Shown here one piece after another: positions 11,883-26,062 of a stretch of DNA of 64,000 nt. A program made the translations under genes and the position numbers. Each line of letters starts with the position of its first letter. The first letter of the stretch is position 1. Origin of the DNA: Flaccisagitta enflata (lineage: Eukaryota); the NCBI GenBank assembly GCA_965153355.1, contig OZ231126.1, forward strand, positions 17,546,001 to 17,610,000, given 5' to 3'. The notes under the pieces were generated by a model. That model ran no database searches. It was not told the DNA's origin and was given only the letters and a program-made list of their open reading frames with translations.

Positions 11883-12732
11883 CGTGGATATGTTTCCAAT
11901 TTGACTGTTGAGCTCGTGCTCGCGGTTTTTGACGTGAGACGCGCATGGTACGTCAGCGATGTTCCGCAATTTTGCGTAAGCCGAATCAGACAGTCTTTCT
12001 TCGTCCTTCCATCTTGACATGTTCTGAAGCTGCTTCCGTTGTTGAGGATCCAATTCTTCGTAAGTGGGTGGAGCTTTCATGTTGACCTCGAGACGCTCAC
12101 CATTTTCTGAATCTTTGAGGACCATCTTCTCTAGAACCAGACCACGTTTTTCGCCGAATTTGTCGACTTTTTCGCCCCACTGCTTTTTGTAAGCTTGTTT
12201 CGTTTTAGCAATAGCATCAGGGCCGCACTCGGAAAGTCGCTTTTGGCCATACGGTTTAGCTGCTTGTTCCTTTTCTCGACGTAGTTGTTGATTGTCGGCT
12301 TGAAGGCGATCAACCTCTTGCTGTTTTTCACACACCTCAGTTTCAATGGCTGCAATGTGACTCGTTAAAAAACTGTTTCTTTCTGTTAAATCCTTTGATC
12401 TCTGCCGCTCCTCTTCTTGCTCCATCAAGATTTTTTCCCTCTCCTTGACGACGCTTTCCCGCTCATCTGCGCATTTCCCCAACTCTTTCTGCATAATCTG
12501 CAGGCCTTGTTGAAGGTCTTCAACTTGAGTGCGTAACTCTCGCCTTTGAGGATCCCTCTCACATTCCTCCTCAATGGTGATGGAAGAAACATCAACGTCA
12601 AGCTCATCGGGTAAGATATTCAGCTGGAAAATTTCCTTTCGAGTCTTCGCCCAACGCCGCTTCTGGAGAATTCGCCGCCGCAAAATTCCGTACCGTTTTC
12701 GTAAAGGTCTGCTGTTCCTCAGGCCTAGACAC
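11883..12732 (-). CDS. Transposase exon: coiled coil plus NBD/DDBD-like region
   Basis: Long E/Q/K/R heptad stretch, then WKDEERLSDSAYAKLRNIADVPCASHVKNREHELN resembling RAG1 IRVNTFLSCSQYHKMYR..FQPLHALRNAEKVL; ACG|gtgac donor, phase 0. Confidence 0.75.
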
Positions 12733-13138
12733 CTGATTAAATAGTATATGATTTTGTTTACGCTCTATAGAATGCCTCGATTACCCTTCATCAATTATGA
12801 CTTGTTCATTCATTCATTCATACATTCATTCATTCATTCATTCATTCATTCATTCTTATTTCCATTGGAAAACATAAAAAATGGAAAAAGAACTAATCAT
12901 TCATCTATTCATAGATTGATTGATTCATTCATTCATTCATTCATTCATTCATTCATTCATTCCGTAATTGATGACCTTATTGATTCATTCATTCATTCAT
13001 TCATTCATTCATTCATTCATTCATTCATTCATTCCGTAATTGATCACAATGTAACTGGACCCAGTTCTCAAATTTTGTACAGTAGTACACTAATTGACCT
13101 TGCTATAAATATGGAAATACTCCAAAACCTCGTCTTAC

Positions 13139-13260
13139 GTGGTTTCATTAACCGCTTGCAACCCACGCTCGATCCAAAATGCACCACTTGCGGCAACCGC
13201 AAAAACTGCTTGTTTTGTATTTGAGGACCGCGGGACAATAGACGGAATTTCTCGTAAAAC
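13139..13260 (-). CDS. Tentative 5' exon of the transposase gene
   Basis: ttctgcag acceptor; AC|gtaaga donor gives phase 0 to 2, matching exon 12732. An alternative donor at 13129 in another frame also fits. Confidence 0.45.
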
Positions 13261-13368
13261 CTGCAGAAGGAAAAGATGGTCATCCGTACCATAGCTCCAG
13301 AGTTAACAAAGTGACGCGGGATGGCAATATTGTTGCGGACGGGTGGGCAGTGGCATACCATGGCGTAC

Positions 13369-13419
13369 CGTGTAGGTTAGAATTGAAGCTGTGCTGCTGC
13401 TGCGGCTGCTGCAGCAGTT
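13369..13419 (-). CDS. Tentative 51-nt exon of the transposase gene
   Basis: tttcttcag acceptor, ACG|gtac donor, open, phase 0 to 0. Confidence 0.35.
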
Positions 13420-13616
13420 CTGAAGAAACATCACCCCTACAACCCTATTGACTGGTGCAACTCATAGCAGCATCATCACAATTTTAATCCAAATAGTCAT
13501 TTCGGTAGTGACGTCTACATCCACAAGGCGCCCGAGTTGCCCGTGGCCCGATTTGCCCCACTCTCCCCTATCTTTTTAATGCTGCTTTGTTTATGGCTGA
13601 TTGAAGTTTCAAGAAA

Positions 13617-14034
13617 CAAGGCCGGATACAGTCGCGTACGGGTGGGCAGGGGCCATATTTTAGGTCATTAGACCATTTGGGCAGGAGCAGTGGGGTCAAA
13701 AAAATGAAATTATAAAAAAAGTAAAAGATGACTGACCAACCAACCGACTGACAGACAGAAAAAGCGGGTTGTACAGTCGCGTGTACGCGACTTGAAAATA
13801 TGTAAGAACTAGAAATAAGTAACATTTTTAGTCGCGAGCTACGCAACCCTACAGCCCGCTTTGTCGGTCTGTCCATCGGTCCGTCTGTCTGTCTGCTTGT
13901 CCCTCCATCACACTTTACTTTTGTAGGGGTTTTGCGGTCTTTGGCCTAACTGCTCCTGCCCAAACAATCAAGTGACGTCAAATACGGCCCCTGCCCACCC
14001 ACACGCGACTGGGGTAGCCGTGTATCTGGCCTTG
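13617..14034. mobile_element. Two HINE family A copies head-to-head (13617-13792 -, 13830-14034 +)
   Basis: Both have the AGTCGCG 5' end, GTC tract, GCCCACCC..CGCGACT and GGCCTTG 3' end. Confidence 0.75.
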
Positions 14035-14214
14035 TTTAAGAGTAAGTTTTGTGGATATTTCAATGGAAGTAATCAGTGACATTATCGAGAAAAAAAATCA
14101 CAGCAAACAACAAAGAAACAAAGATAAAAAAAAAGATAGAAAGAAAAAAGAAAAAAGACAAAAAAGACAAAAAGAAAAAAAAGACCAAAAGAAAAAAATA
14201 GAAAGATAAAAAAA

Positions 14215-14322
<108 letters not shown>

Positions 14323-14597
14323 ATGAAAGAGAAAAAACAGTTATGTGCGAGAGAATATCGTTATTTTTTTTCTTTTTAGTGCCATTTATGCAAAAAAAAA
14401 AATGATTAAAAAAAAAAGCAACATAGGTGATAGGGAGCAAAACGGATTGGGGACAGATTGACCAACCCACTGACCTAATGACCAATGGAGTCACCAATTG
14501 ACTACCCATCCAACCAAATGAATGACGTACATTTTAACTAGTTCAGAATTACTAAGCACGCAACAAAACCAAACCGTTTATTTAATAGCTTTCTCAC

Positions 14598-15272
14598 CAT
14601 ATTTGGCTGCGGTTCCACGTCATCGACATGATTTGCAGATGTTAGATCCGATGTTCTTGCATTCGACGTAACCGTTACCGTTGAATTCGCATCTGATGAA
14701 CTTGCATCCGACAAATCCGCACCCGACGAACACGCACCCGACGAACACGCACCCGATGAACTCGCACCCGTTGAACTCGCACCCGATGAACTCGCACCCG
14801 ATGAACTCGCACCCAATGAACTCGTACCCGACAAACTTGTACCCGACAAACTTGTACCTGACGAACTTGTACCCGACGAACTTGTACCCGATGGACTCGT
14901 ACCCGATGGACTCGTACCCGATGGACTCGTACCCGATGGTCTTGAAGACGGCGCTGATAAAGACGACAATGCCGTGGAGGCTGACGATGCAAACGGCGAC
15001 GTAAACGGCGAAGTAAACGGCGACGTAAATGGAAAAGTCGCTGGCGGCAGATTTGTAGACGGCAAGTTTGTTGACGATACTGCGCTCGAAAGGTTTCTCC
15101 CAATCCCGACATCAGCCTCATCTTCAGAATCTCCGGCAGGAATACGCTTCTTGATCCTTATCGCGTACCGAACGTTGTGTGAGGGAGGGGGCGTCGCATC
15201 CAAATCGTCCTCTTCATTTTCTGAGCCCGTGAGCGTCTCTTCGCTCACCGAGCGCGCCAAGTCTGGTCCCAA
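14598..15272 (-). CDS. Tentative N-terminal exon: acidic/Ser-rich with 15-bp (SGTSP/SGASS) repeats
   Basis: 225 open codons, GC-richer than flanks, ATG|gtgaga donor in phase 0; same strand, inside the element. True start codon not identified. Confidence 0.5.
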
Positions 15273-18200
15273 ATTGCTTATTTATCAGAATTATCATTGC
15301 TATATTTTTTTGAATTAAGCAGAACCCATAAAATTAACGTATTCATTTTTACAGTCTATTGATAGTCCAATAAGCTAAGCCGCTTATTCAAGAAAAAATC
15401 AAGATACCTATCATAATTGTTTGTGTTCCATTAGGCGTTGGCTTTGTGCGAAATGAAAAACGGCTTAGCTATAATTTTCTCCCGTGCGTTGATGATTTTT
15501 TTATTCAACTTATTTTACAACGACGTTGCAGTTAGCAACTCGGACACGGTAAACTCATCTACTAGCTTGACCTGGTATACCACTGTTTGGTTCATATGTG
15601 ATGATGGGGCTATTGTGGGGTACCTAAAAAGGCTCAAAAAGGGCCCCTAAAGCGAAAACTTAATAGTTTTTTTTTTCACTATGGCTACATAAATGATTGG
15701 AATGCCTTCAAATTTGAATTGGAAGTTCCTAATAAATGCAACTATCATCATGCAAAAAATTGTGGCCCTCCTTAAATGACTTCATAGGAAAATTTGGCCC
15801 CAAAAAACAAAAATCGCTCCAAAAAAATTGGGTTTTTGAGTTCATTGACCTAAAAACAACATTTAAAGGTCAGGGTCCCCCAATTTTTTTTCTCTTTTGC
15901 TAATATAAGATGTTTGGAGGTTCCAAAAAAAATGTCAGAACATATTTCCAAGAACTGACTGAGATATGACTATTTGAAGTGACATGGTAAAATTAAAAAA
16001 ATGACAAAAATGACCATTTTTGGGGATTCTTAGAAAAAATTAAGTGCAAAAAGGGGTCCCAACAGTTTTAATTCATGATTGGGGACACTTAAAGATTTGA
16101 GAGACTAGGAAAACAAGAATCATAATGATGGGGTACCTAAAAAGGCCCAAAAAGGGCCCCTAAAGCAAAAAAAAAAGTTTTTTCTTCATTGTGGCTACAA
16201 AAATGATTGGAATGCCTTCAAATTTGAAATGGAAGTTCCTAATAAATACAACTACCATCATGGAAAAAATTGTGGCCCTCCTTAAATGACTTCATAGGGA
16301 AATTTGGCTTTCTGAGTACATTGACCTAAAAACAACATTGAAAGGTCAGGGTACCCCAATTTTTTTTCTATTTTGCTAAAATAACATGTTTGGAGGTTGC
16401 AAAAAAAATTTCAGGCAATATTTTAGAAAAATGGCTGAGATATGACCATTTGAAGTGACATGGTAAAACTGAAAAACGGCGAAAAAGCCATTTTTTGGGA
16501 TTCTTTGAAAAATTTAAGTACAAAAAGAGGTCCCAATAGTTTTAATTCATAGTTAGGGAAACTCCAAGATGTAAGAGACAAGGAAAACAAGAATCATGAT
16601 GATGGGTCTATTGTGAGGTACCTAAAAAGGCCCGAAAAGGGCCCCTAAAGCAAAAAATAAATATTTTTTTTTCATTGTGGCTACAAAAATGATTGGAATG
16701 CCTTTAAATTTATATATTTATATATTTTTTGTTTTAGGGGCCCTTTTTGGGCCTTTTTAGATACCCCACAATAGCCCCATTGTCATGTTCCTTATTTTCC
16801 TAGTCCCCTATATCTTTAAGTGATCCCAAATAAGAATTAAAACTATTGGGACCTCTTTTTGTACTTAAAATTTTCAAAGAATCCCAAAAAATGGCTATTT
16901 TCGCCGTTTTTCAGTTTTACCACGTCACTTCAAATGGTCATATCTCGGCCATTTTTAAAAAATATTGCCTGAAATTTTTTTTTGCAACCTCCAAACATGT
17001 TATTTTAGCAAAATAGAAAAAAAAATTGGGGTACCCTGACCTTTCAATGTTGTTTTTAGGTCAATGAACTCAAAAACCCGATTTTTTTGGAGCAATTTTT
17101 GTTTTTTTTTAGCCAAATTTTCCTATGAAGTCATTTAAGGAGAGCCACAATTTTTTCCATGATGGTAGTTGTATTTATTAGGAACTTCCACTTCAAATTT
17201 GAAGGCATTCCAATCATTTTTGTAGCCACAATGAAGAAAAAACTTTTTTTTTCGCTTTAGGGGCCCTTTTTGGGCCTTTTTAGATACCCCACAATAGCCC
17301 CATCATTATGATTCTTGTTTTCCTAGTCTCTCACATCTTTAAGTGTCCCCAATCATGAATTAAAACTGTTGGGACCCCTTTTTGCACTTAATTTTTTTTA
17401 AGAATCCCCAAAAATAGTCATTTTCACCATTTTTTAATTTTACCACGTCACTTCAAATGGTCATATCTCAGTCAGTTCTTGGAAATATGACCTGAAATTT
17501 TTTTTGGAACCTCCAAACATCTTATATTAGCAAAAGAGAAAAAAAATTGGGGGACCCTAACCTTTAATTGTTGTTTTTAGGTCAATGAACTCAAAAACCC
17601 AATTTTTTTGGAGCGATTTTTGGTTTTTGGGGCCAAATTTTCCTATGAAGTCATTTAAGGAGGGCCACAATTTTTTGCATGATGGTAGTTGCATTTATTA
17701 GGAACTTCCAATTCAAATTTGAAGGCATTCCAATCATTTATGTAGCCACAATGAAAAAAAAACTATTAAGTTTTCGCTTTAAGGGCCCTTTTTGAGCCTT
17801 TTTAGGTACCCCACAGTAGCCCCATCATGATTCTTGTTTTACTAGTCTCTCACATCTTGAAGTATACCCAACTATGAATTTAAATACTTGGCCTCCATTT
17901 AAGTACAAAATTTTTGCCAAAAATACAAAAAAATAGCCATTTTTTGGTATTTTTTTGGGGCCGTTTCTAAACGCCCCCGCGTAGGGCTCTAAAAAGGTCA
18001 CGGTTGGATTCCCCAGGTTTTTTTACGTAAGATTGGGCCTTTTTTAGCCTCCTTACTATTTTTTTTTTTTTTTTCTACGTAGCCCAACTTGTGCAGGTAA
18101 CGGTTTCCATGATTTTTGTTTGGCTAAAAATATAGGCTAAAAATATGAAAACGTTTAAGGCTTTTTGACCTTAATCAAATGTTACTAACAATTTTGTATA

Positions 18201-18360
18201 AACTCATCCTTTGCAATGGTATTATAGCCTTTATAGGCATCGTGGAAACGTTCAACCTCTTTCTATAGATTTTCATATTTGTCAAGATCACCTTTTTGCT
18301 CTATTGATCAAGAATGAAAAGTCACTACTTGCCTTCTTTCTTTTTTGTTTTATTGCTCAG

Positions 18361-18582
18361 CTGATACATTACAGGAGCGAGCTTCGGCAGCGGCAATTGG
18401 GTATTTGAAGAAAGAGTTGAATGCAAGCTCATATCGAGATGAGAAAATGGAGAATTCCGTAACTGGCGTCAAACTCGATCTTCTGGAAGCTTACCAGAAC
18501 AATACTGAGGAAAGGCGTGAAAAAGCGGAGATTTCCTTGAAGAAAGTCGATGAAAAACTTAATGACATCAGTTTAGGTCTGG
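18361..18582 (+). CDS. Host gene exon, coiled-coil-like stalk
   Basis: tattgctcag acceptor, G|gtaagt donor; 222 nt open (ADTLQERASAAAIGYLKKELN..KLNDISLGL); phase 1 to 1. Confidence 0.55.
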
Positions 18583-18601
18583 GTAAGTTCAATGATCTAA
18601 C

Positions 18602-18731
18602 CAGGGATGTGGAAGCGATTGACCGCTTCCGTTTTGGTGGGTGGGATAGCTACTAGTATTTGAACTACAAAATGGAAGCGGAAGCGGAAGCGGTGGAAGC
18701 GGCATAAAAATCGACCGCTTCCACATGCCTA
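18602..18731. mobile_element. hAT-type MITE
   Basis: 8-bp TSD GATCTAAC; TIR CAGGGATGTGGAAGCG vs TAGGCATGTGGAAGCG; GGAAGC subterminal repeats. Confidence 0.85.
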
Positions 18732-20586
18732 GATCTAACACTCGATGGGACGGCTTGTGGCTGCTACATAACACCTCTCACAAAATTAGGCGTGGGATCA
18801 GAACTTGCCAATAATTGTGTTTATAAAGTCCAAAACAGGAGTCCAGGTTAATGATAATTTCAAAACAAGTTGCCATGAAAGTTCTACAAAAAAACACTTC
18901 AAATCATGTCAACCAATAGCTGAAAATAGCTTCATCAAATGATATCAAGCAATTCTTAGGTTTAGTTTAGCATCAAATTTGTCGCTAAAACCATTCTTTT
19001 AGACAAGGGGTTTCGATATTTTTTTCAGCTGTCACCGACCGTACCTTGGTGCTGTTAACTAATTTTTGTTTGTTTGTGATATAAGAACTTGAGAATGATG
19101 TTTTCTTGCCTTTTTCAAAATAAATCTTAAGGAGGTTTATTTTGTCTAAACATCAAAAATTTCCTCGTCAAAATCATTCAAAATCTTTCACTGGATTTTG
19201 GCGTAACACTTTCTGAGAGCCACACACATTCCCGGGTACACAATTTTGCCCCGGTTTGTAAAAATACCAATGAAAGTGGCTCTCGCCATAGGAAAAAAGT
19301 CGTAAGTGCGAGGTTTTGGAATTTCTTGTGATTGTGTTTTGTCTGTTTGATTGTCTTTTTTTTCTCCAGGCATCTTTTTGGTTTGTTCCACTCTCTACGT
19401 TTACATGCGTTTCTCTGTTTGTTCTTTGACTTTGTTTGCCCGTCTCTTTCTTTCTTTCTCTCTCTCTTTCTCTCTCCCATTCTCATTTTCTCTCTCCTTC
19501 TCTCTCTCTCTCTCTCCCCTTCCCTCATGTAACTCAGGGTTATCGTTGCGGACAGGTGGACAGAGGCATCCAACCCCCATCCACACCTCAATCTCAACCC
19601 CCACACACAAGCATCTAGACCACTTGTTTTTCCACTTTTCCACTCGGACGGACAGACGGACCAACAGACCAATGGATGGACTGACGGACAAAGCCTCTCA
19701 TAGCGTCCAGAGTTGAAATGAGAGAGAGACTGTGCTGCCAGGATGCACAATCATCACCTGGGATATGTCAAAGTTCAAATAGACTTAAACTAACTCGATT
19801 CTTCGAATCTTTGTTTTTGGGAAAAATGAAAAAAAAATCATAGCTCCAATTATCGATCGCACAGAATTCTGCTTGGCGTCATCTGAAAGAGGAGAATAAG
19901 CTCTTTCTTAGCTATTATTTTCATGCAGTCTCATTCTGCCCCCAAAATGCAGCAACTTTTCCAAACGCCCCATAAAACAAAGGGAAATCCATTTTTCTCT
20001 GCAGGACTCAAAAAGACCGAAGGGACTGCGTCTCTTCGACTTTTTTCCAAACTATATTTTAGCGCCGTCAGTGTAAAATTTCAGCCCACTGAATGCATTA
20101 TTTCTATCAATTTCGATTATTATGTGAGAGGTGTTACTTTATGAGCAGTCTCGCAATTTTCTAAAACCTGGTCAAGCACGAAATATGTTATCTGAAATAA
20201 CAATTGACGCGGAGTCACAATATCGTTGCGGACGGGTGGGCAGGGGCATCCAACCCCCAGCCTCACTCAAGCCCCACCACTCAACCCCCTCCCACACACT
20301 CACACCCACAGCATCAAAAGTTCGCGTTTTCAACTCAAGCGTGACAGACGGACCAACCACCCAAAAATATTGCACATTTAAGTTTCAACAATTTTCTGAG
20401 TATGACATGATCTAGAGAATTTATTTGTTTCTTATTCAAACTCTTTGACACTGTTGTTAAGCTTTAAAACTAAAATTTGGATTGGACAAAAAATCATTTT
20501 TCCCCATGACATCCAAACATAGGCCTCTTTTAAGAAAAAAGACCACTTGGCGTGGGTTGATGCCCAGAAATGTATCTTAAAGTTAA

Positions 20587-21069
20587 TAGTCGCAAAAGCG
20601 TTAGATGGTCAGCGGTACCCGTTGCCCCTATGTGAGTGTATGTGGGTGTGAGGTGGTTAGAGGGGCAGCGGCCCCGAAGGGACTGATGACCTACGCTGTT
20701 TTTATTTGAGCCTCCAGGCTTGGATTTGAGCCTCAAGGCTGGGATTTGTGCCTCAAGGCTAGGATTTGGGCTAGATGCTGGGATTTGAGCCTCCAGGCTT
20801 GGATTTGAGCCTCAAGGCTGGGATTTGACCCTCAAGGCTGGGATTCGAGCCTTGAGACTGGGATTTGAGCCTCAAGACTGGGATTTGAGCTTCAAAGCTG
20901 GGATTTGAGCTTCAAAGTTGGGATTTGAGCCTCGAGGCTAGAATATGGGCCTTGAGACTAGGTTTTGGACCTCGAGGGGGGGGGGTACGGAGGAGGAGGA
21001 GGAGAAGGAGGAGGAGAAATTTCTCCTGTGTGAAAGCATAGGTCATCGGCCCCTTCAGGGCCGCTGCCC
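20587..21069 (-). mobile_element. HINE-like family B element with internal 20-bp tandem array
   Basis: GGGCAGCGGCCCC..GATGACCTA inverted pair, (GGGATTTGAGCCTCAAGGCT)n core, GGGGCAACGGGTACCGCTGACC 3' hairpin, T-run target; same family at 59399-64000. Confidence 0.7.
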
Positions 21070-21144
21070 AAAAGCAGCACCAATAAACCCTAAAAACAGA
21101 GAAGAAAAAATTGTGAATTTAAACTTTGGTGTAGTTAAATCGTA

Positions 21145-21846
21145 CCCTATCTTCAAAAGCAACTGTAACCAGCAAAAGATGTATTGTGTGAAAACTATTC
21201 ATATTTCAAAATTTGGGTTTTTTTTATCTAAAAGCATATTTACTGCGGTTTTTTCATGCAAAAATTTAGCATTTTTTGCCCAGTGGTTTAGGTTCTACAT
21301 CATTTGTAAGTGTAACACCAATCGAGGCATTTCAGCTTTTCCTTTCAGACATGAATGGAGGTGTCTCACTTCAAACCTCTGTAACTTTTAAACGCTTTGA
21401 GCTAGAAAGCTGGGATTGGTCTCAAATTAAAGATTTTTTGAAGAAGATTACGTCAGGTTTGAGAAAAAAAGCATAATTTGCTGTATTCATAACATTTTTG
21501 TGTAGGTTTTCACTTTTTTTCATGTTCCATCAACACTCCATGTAAGAATTTATTCTTATTTGATTGAAATATCTTATGATTATGCACATTAAGAAAAACA
21601 AATTAAATTGGTAATGAAAATAAGCTAGATTGGGATAAGTTTTGATATTCTAAATCAATTTCTTGACTTTTCGTGTATAGTTATTGATGTAGATGCTAAA
21701 CCAGTTGAAAAAAAGTGCTGAAACTTTGCATGAAAAAACCGCAGCAAATATGCTTTCAGATAGAAAAAAAAAAAAAAAATTCTGAAAAATGAATTGTTTT
21801 TACACAATACATCTTTTGCTGGTTACAGTTGCTTTTGAAGACAGGG
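21145..21846. mobile_element. Non-autonomous DNA transposon, about 130-bp TIRs, CCC..GGG ends, TA flanks
   Basis: CCCTATCTTCAAAAGCAACTGTAACCAGCAAAAGATG matches the reverse complement of the right end. Confidence 0.85.
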
Positions 21847-22304
21847 TATCAAAGTATTTATTATTTTTTTTTTTTTTGATTCCCTAGTTACCCATCTTCC
21901 TATTGGAGCAACTACATGAAATTTTTACTGTAGTTAGGGGACGCGCTCAGCTGTATGCATATCAAATTTTATAAGAATTTAACAACAGGAAGTATGGTTT
22001 TTGTTGATTTTTTGGTCAAAAAATGAGTTTTCAACATATTTTAAAAGATACATGTTTGGCCCCCTAAATTTCATTACGGCTTAATCAAGAAAAAAATCGC
22101 ATTTTCAAAAACATCAGATCTTTACTATGTCGTGAATGTATTATTATTAGATGAGTATTGACAACAGAAGATTGCAAAAACGTGAATTTTCACACAGTGA
22201 CTCAATGTCATTGATCGTCCCCGCGCTCATTTGGGTGACCACAGGCGGCACCCTGATCAGTCTTTCTGATCATCCTCTTCCTCATCCTATTATTGCCCTA
22301 TTGT

Positions 22305-22399
<95 letters not shown>

Positions 22400-22440
22400 C
22401 ATTATCTCTTTAGCCTTCAGTTTCTTGACCTTATTCTCAT

Positions 22441-22450
22441 NNNNNNNNNN
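22441..22450. other. Assembly gap
   Basis: Ten N bases. Confidence 1.
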
Positions 22451-22456
22451 TTTTTT

Positions 22457-22602
22457 CCAATAACGGTATGACAGTTTAAGGGCCAATGATGCAAATCAAA
22501 CCCCGATTGACCAGCGGGTACCCAAATAAAGTTATGCTCTATTTCTTAAGGAAAAGACAAGAGTAGTAGGCGGGAGAAAGGAAGAGAAAGAGAGGAAGAG
22601 AA

Positions 22603-22666
<64 letters not shown>

Positions 22667-24321
22667 ATTGTCGCCAACTGCGCAGGCATAATTAAAGAGA
22701 AGCATAACATGAACAATCGAAGGTTTGTTTCTTAGAGCTCTCTTAGAGCTAAGAGCTTGTATAAAGAGACAAATGGTAGAGACGAATACAAATTCGGGGG
22801 TGATTAAAGAGGGTAAACAAGTTAGAGAGATCGTAAATAAAACCAGGCCTCAGCCTTTTTGAATCTTTGAAGGGAAAAAAGATGATGTTATTGTAGATTT
22901 TAACAGTCAAGGGACAAAACGGCAGTTGCAAAAGATACTTGAAGCTTTAACAAACATGCATAGCTAGTGGACAATAAATCATTCATGAACTTCAAAAAAT
23001 GAATTTTTTTACAGCCTGGACCAAAATTCCCTTTCAAAGCAATATCAATAATATCGCAAATTAGGAACTGCTTTGAAGTAAGATTACTTCACTTAAAAAC
23101 TAAAAATAAAGAAATAAATGAATTTCTTCGGATTTTGCTAAGCATAGAGAGAAAAAAGCCAACGCGACGGTCGCAATATAAAAGAGCGTCCTATAATTTG
23201 GCCCATTACTGTCATTTCTCCCCCTGAGGATAAGTAATTAAAAAGTTTCTCCCCGAATCCAATGTGAAAAATACTCAAGTGGCTTTAAGAAAGGATCTCA
23301 TCCTTTTTATCAGACATTTAAATCATCCAAACACGTGGCTTTTCCACCAAAGTCTGTTTGTGAAAAGACTAAGCTTCAAGAGGATTTATCTTCTAAATGT
23401 AGAAAAAGGAAGAAGATAATGAGACCATCGCACAGCGCTCAGAATCTAAGCACAAGCTTGATTGGAAATAAGGTAGCTTAATTGTTGTTTTGATGTAAAA
23501 TCAACTTATTTCAAAATCAAGAGATGGTTAGCTTCCTTCTTAGGTTTCCTTTTTGGTTCCATTACTAGTGCATCCAGTACCTTACTGTCTACTTTTCCTA
23601 CAAAACTATTCCTACATTCTTGATTCATTTTGTCAGTAAAAATTAATTATGTTTGCTGAAAGACAGGCCAGATTTAATCAAATTCTGAGCACCTCTCTGC
23701 GCACCCACGTATTAGACTTAGATGGAATTAACAAGCTTACAGTAGCAATGGAACACCCGCGCAGCGAAAGTATTTTTTCAATCGGTCCAAACGGCTTAAA
23801 TTGCTCATTCCTAGAGCACCTGTTTAATAGCCTACTATGAAAACACACTTTTTCAAAGAAAAGTTCTCTATCAAAGCGATATGACTCAAAATCATAAAAA
23901 TAGATGGTCCATAACAAAAATTTGACCATGGGGCTTCTATAAAGTGTGCCCGCCACCACCCCCATATCCCATAGGAAATGTACAGGAGGATTTTAGTCTA
24001 CAGGGTCTCCTATCTTTTATAATGGGAAATGGGGCAAGTGGCGGGCACACTTTATAGAAGCCCTATGACCAAATTTTTGTCTTGAACCATCTTTTTTTGT
24101 GATTTTGAGACATATCTCTTTGATAGAGAACTTTTCTATGAAAAAGCGTATTTTCATAGTGGGCTACTGTTTAAAGATTCACAATTGATTGCACAACATG
24201 GATGCATACAAAACCGAATGTCGCATATAAAACCGTACATCGCGTATATCGGTCACCCCAATGTCAAAATCATGTTTTCAGTGGTGCAGAAAGAAAAAAT
24301 ATATCTTTATGATTATGCAGA
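22457..24321. repeat. Right copy of inverted duplication (partner 1-1703)
   Basis: Reverse-complement collinearity with 1-1703. Confidence 0.9.
23828..24166. mobile_element. Palindromic hAT-type MITE
   Basis: 8-bp TSD CTGTTTAA (23820-23827, 24167-24174); TAG ends; near-complete palindrome; empty site in the paralog at about 149-156. Confidence 0.9.
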
Positions 24322-24477
24322 AATAATAAATCTGATTTCAGCTTCATAAAAAGGGAAACGATTGCAATAAAACCTCATATTTGATGATTAGTTTTCTTTC
24401 ACAGAATCCGATGCATAATTGCATAATATCACGCCAGGTTGCATTAACAGTTTATATTTGATAGATTTAAACATAAA

Positions 24478-24654
24478 CAAGGCCGGATACGCGCATACCC
24501 CAGTCGCGTGCGGGTAGAGACCATAAATAGGGTCATTAGAGCATTTGGGCAGAAGTAAGGTCAAAAACCGCCAAAAACATAAGAAATAAAATGTGACAGA
24601 TCAACCGACCAACAGACGGACGAAGCGGGGTGTAGAGTCGCGCAACACGCGGCT
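24478..24654 (-). mobile_element. HINE family A copy
   Basis: caaggccggatac..cccagtcgcgtgcggg..gcggggtgtagagtcgcg. Confidence 0.7.
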
Positions 24655-25614
24655 AAAGAAAATGAATTCATAGAAATAGAGAAAAAAGATTTGAATAATG
24701 TTCATTGTCTTTCATCTAAATGCATGAATTTTTATTACAGTCACATTGAAATAGATTATTAGCGTTTTAAAAATTTAAAGGAAATAAACGAGGAGAACCC
24801 GCTGTTTTTGTTTTGGTGTATTTCTCTTTTTTATTTTTTTTTTCAAAAAGCAGAATACAAAAAAAAAAGCCCAGGAAAGTTCAAAGGCAAGGCAAAAAAA
24901 GCCCCAAAAATGAGGGAAAGAGAGAGATAGAAAAGGAATCCGGATGAAGTCGTTTAAAATGAGGAAATTTTGGAATTGTTTTGGGATTTGAAAAATCTTC
25001 CTCGGAGCTCTCGGAGATACACAAGATAAAGAAATACAAACAAAGGTAGCAAAAGAAAAGAAGGGGAAAAAGAGAGAGAAAGAAAAAGAGAGAGACCATG
25101 TGCGAAGATGAGCTCGATGTGGTTCACAAGAAAATGATGGGTACGATGATGGTGACGATGACGACGACGTTTACGACATGACGTCGAAATAGTATGCCAC
25201 AGGCGCCAATTATTACGCATTTATTTACGCCTGGGCTGACGAGATGATAAGAGTACACAGAAAGAATGTCTAGAGACTCGTTGAGGAAGAGTGGCCCGGG
25301 GAGGGCTTGGAGCAATTTTCTTCTTGGGAGAATTGATGATTTTGGATTGATCCGATAATAACGCGGACGAGTGGACTCGGCAGGCAATGTGTTTGAAAAT
25401 AGGGACAAGAAATCGTTTTAAAGAGATCAAAATTTCTGGTTGGGATGAGATGAGAAAAAAGCGGGTGACGATGATAATGACGATGAACAGAAAAGCGAAC
25501 AAAGGTTGAAACTAGTTGGTCTGTTGGTTGGTGGTAGCGTTGTAATTTTTGATGATGTCGTTTTTTGTGTGTGTTAGCGTGTGTGTGTGTGTGTGTGTGT
25601 GTAAATGTGTGTGA

Positions 25615-25657
<43 letters not shown>

Positions 25658-25724
25658 TGAGTGAGTGAGTGAGTGAGTGAGTGAGTGTGTGTGTGTGTGT
25701 TTGTGTGAGTGTGTGTGTGTGTGT

Positions 25725-25917
<193 letters not shown>

Positions 25918-25926
25918 AGTGTGTGT

Positions 25927-26062
<136 letters not shown>

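Noticed and set aside
22193-22199. CACAGTG RSS heptamer or Transib end
   Set aside because: No nonamer or partner end found; a 7-mer is expected by chance in 64 kb.
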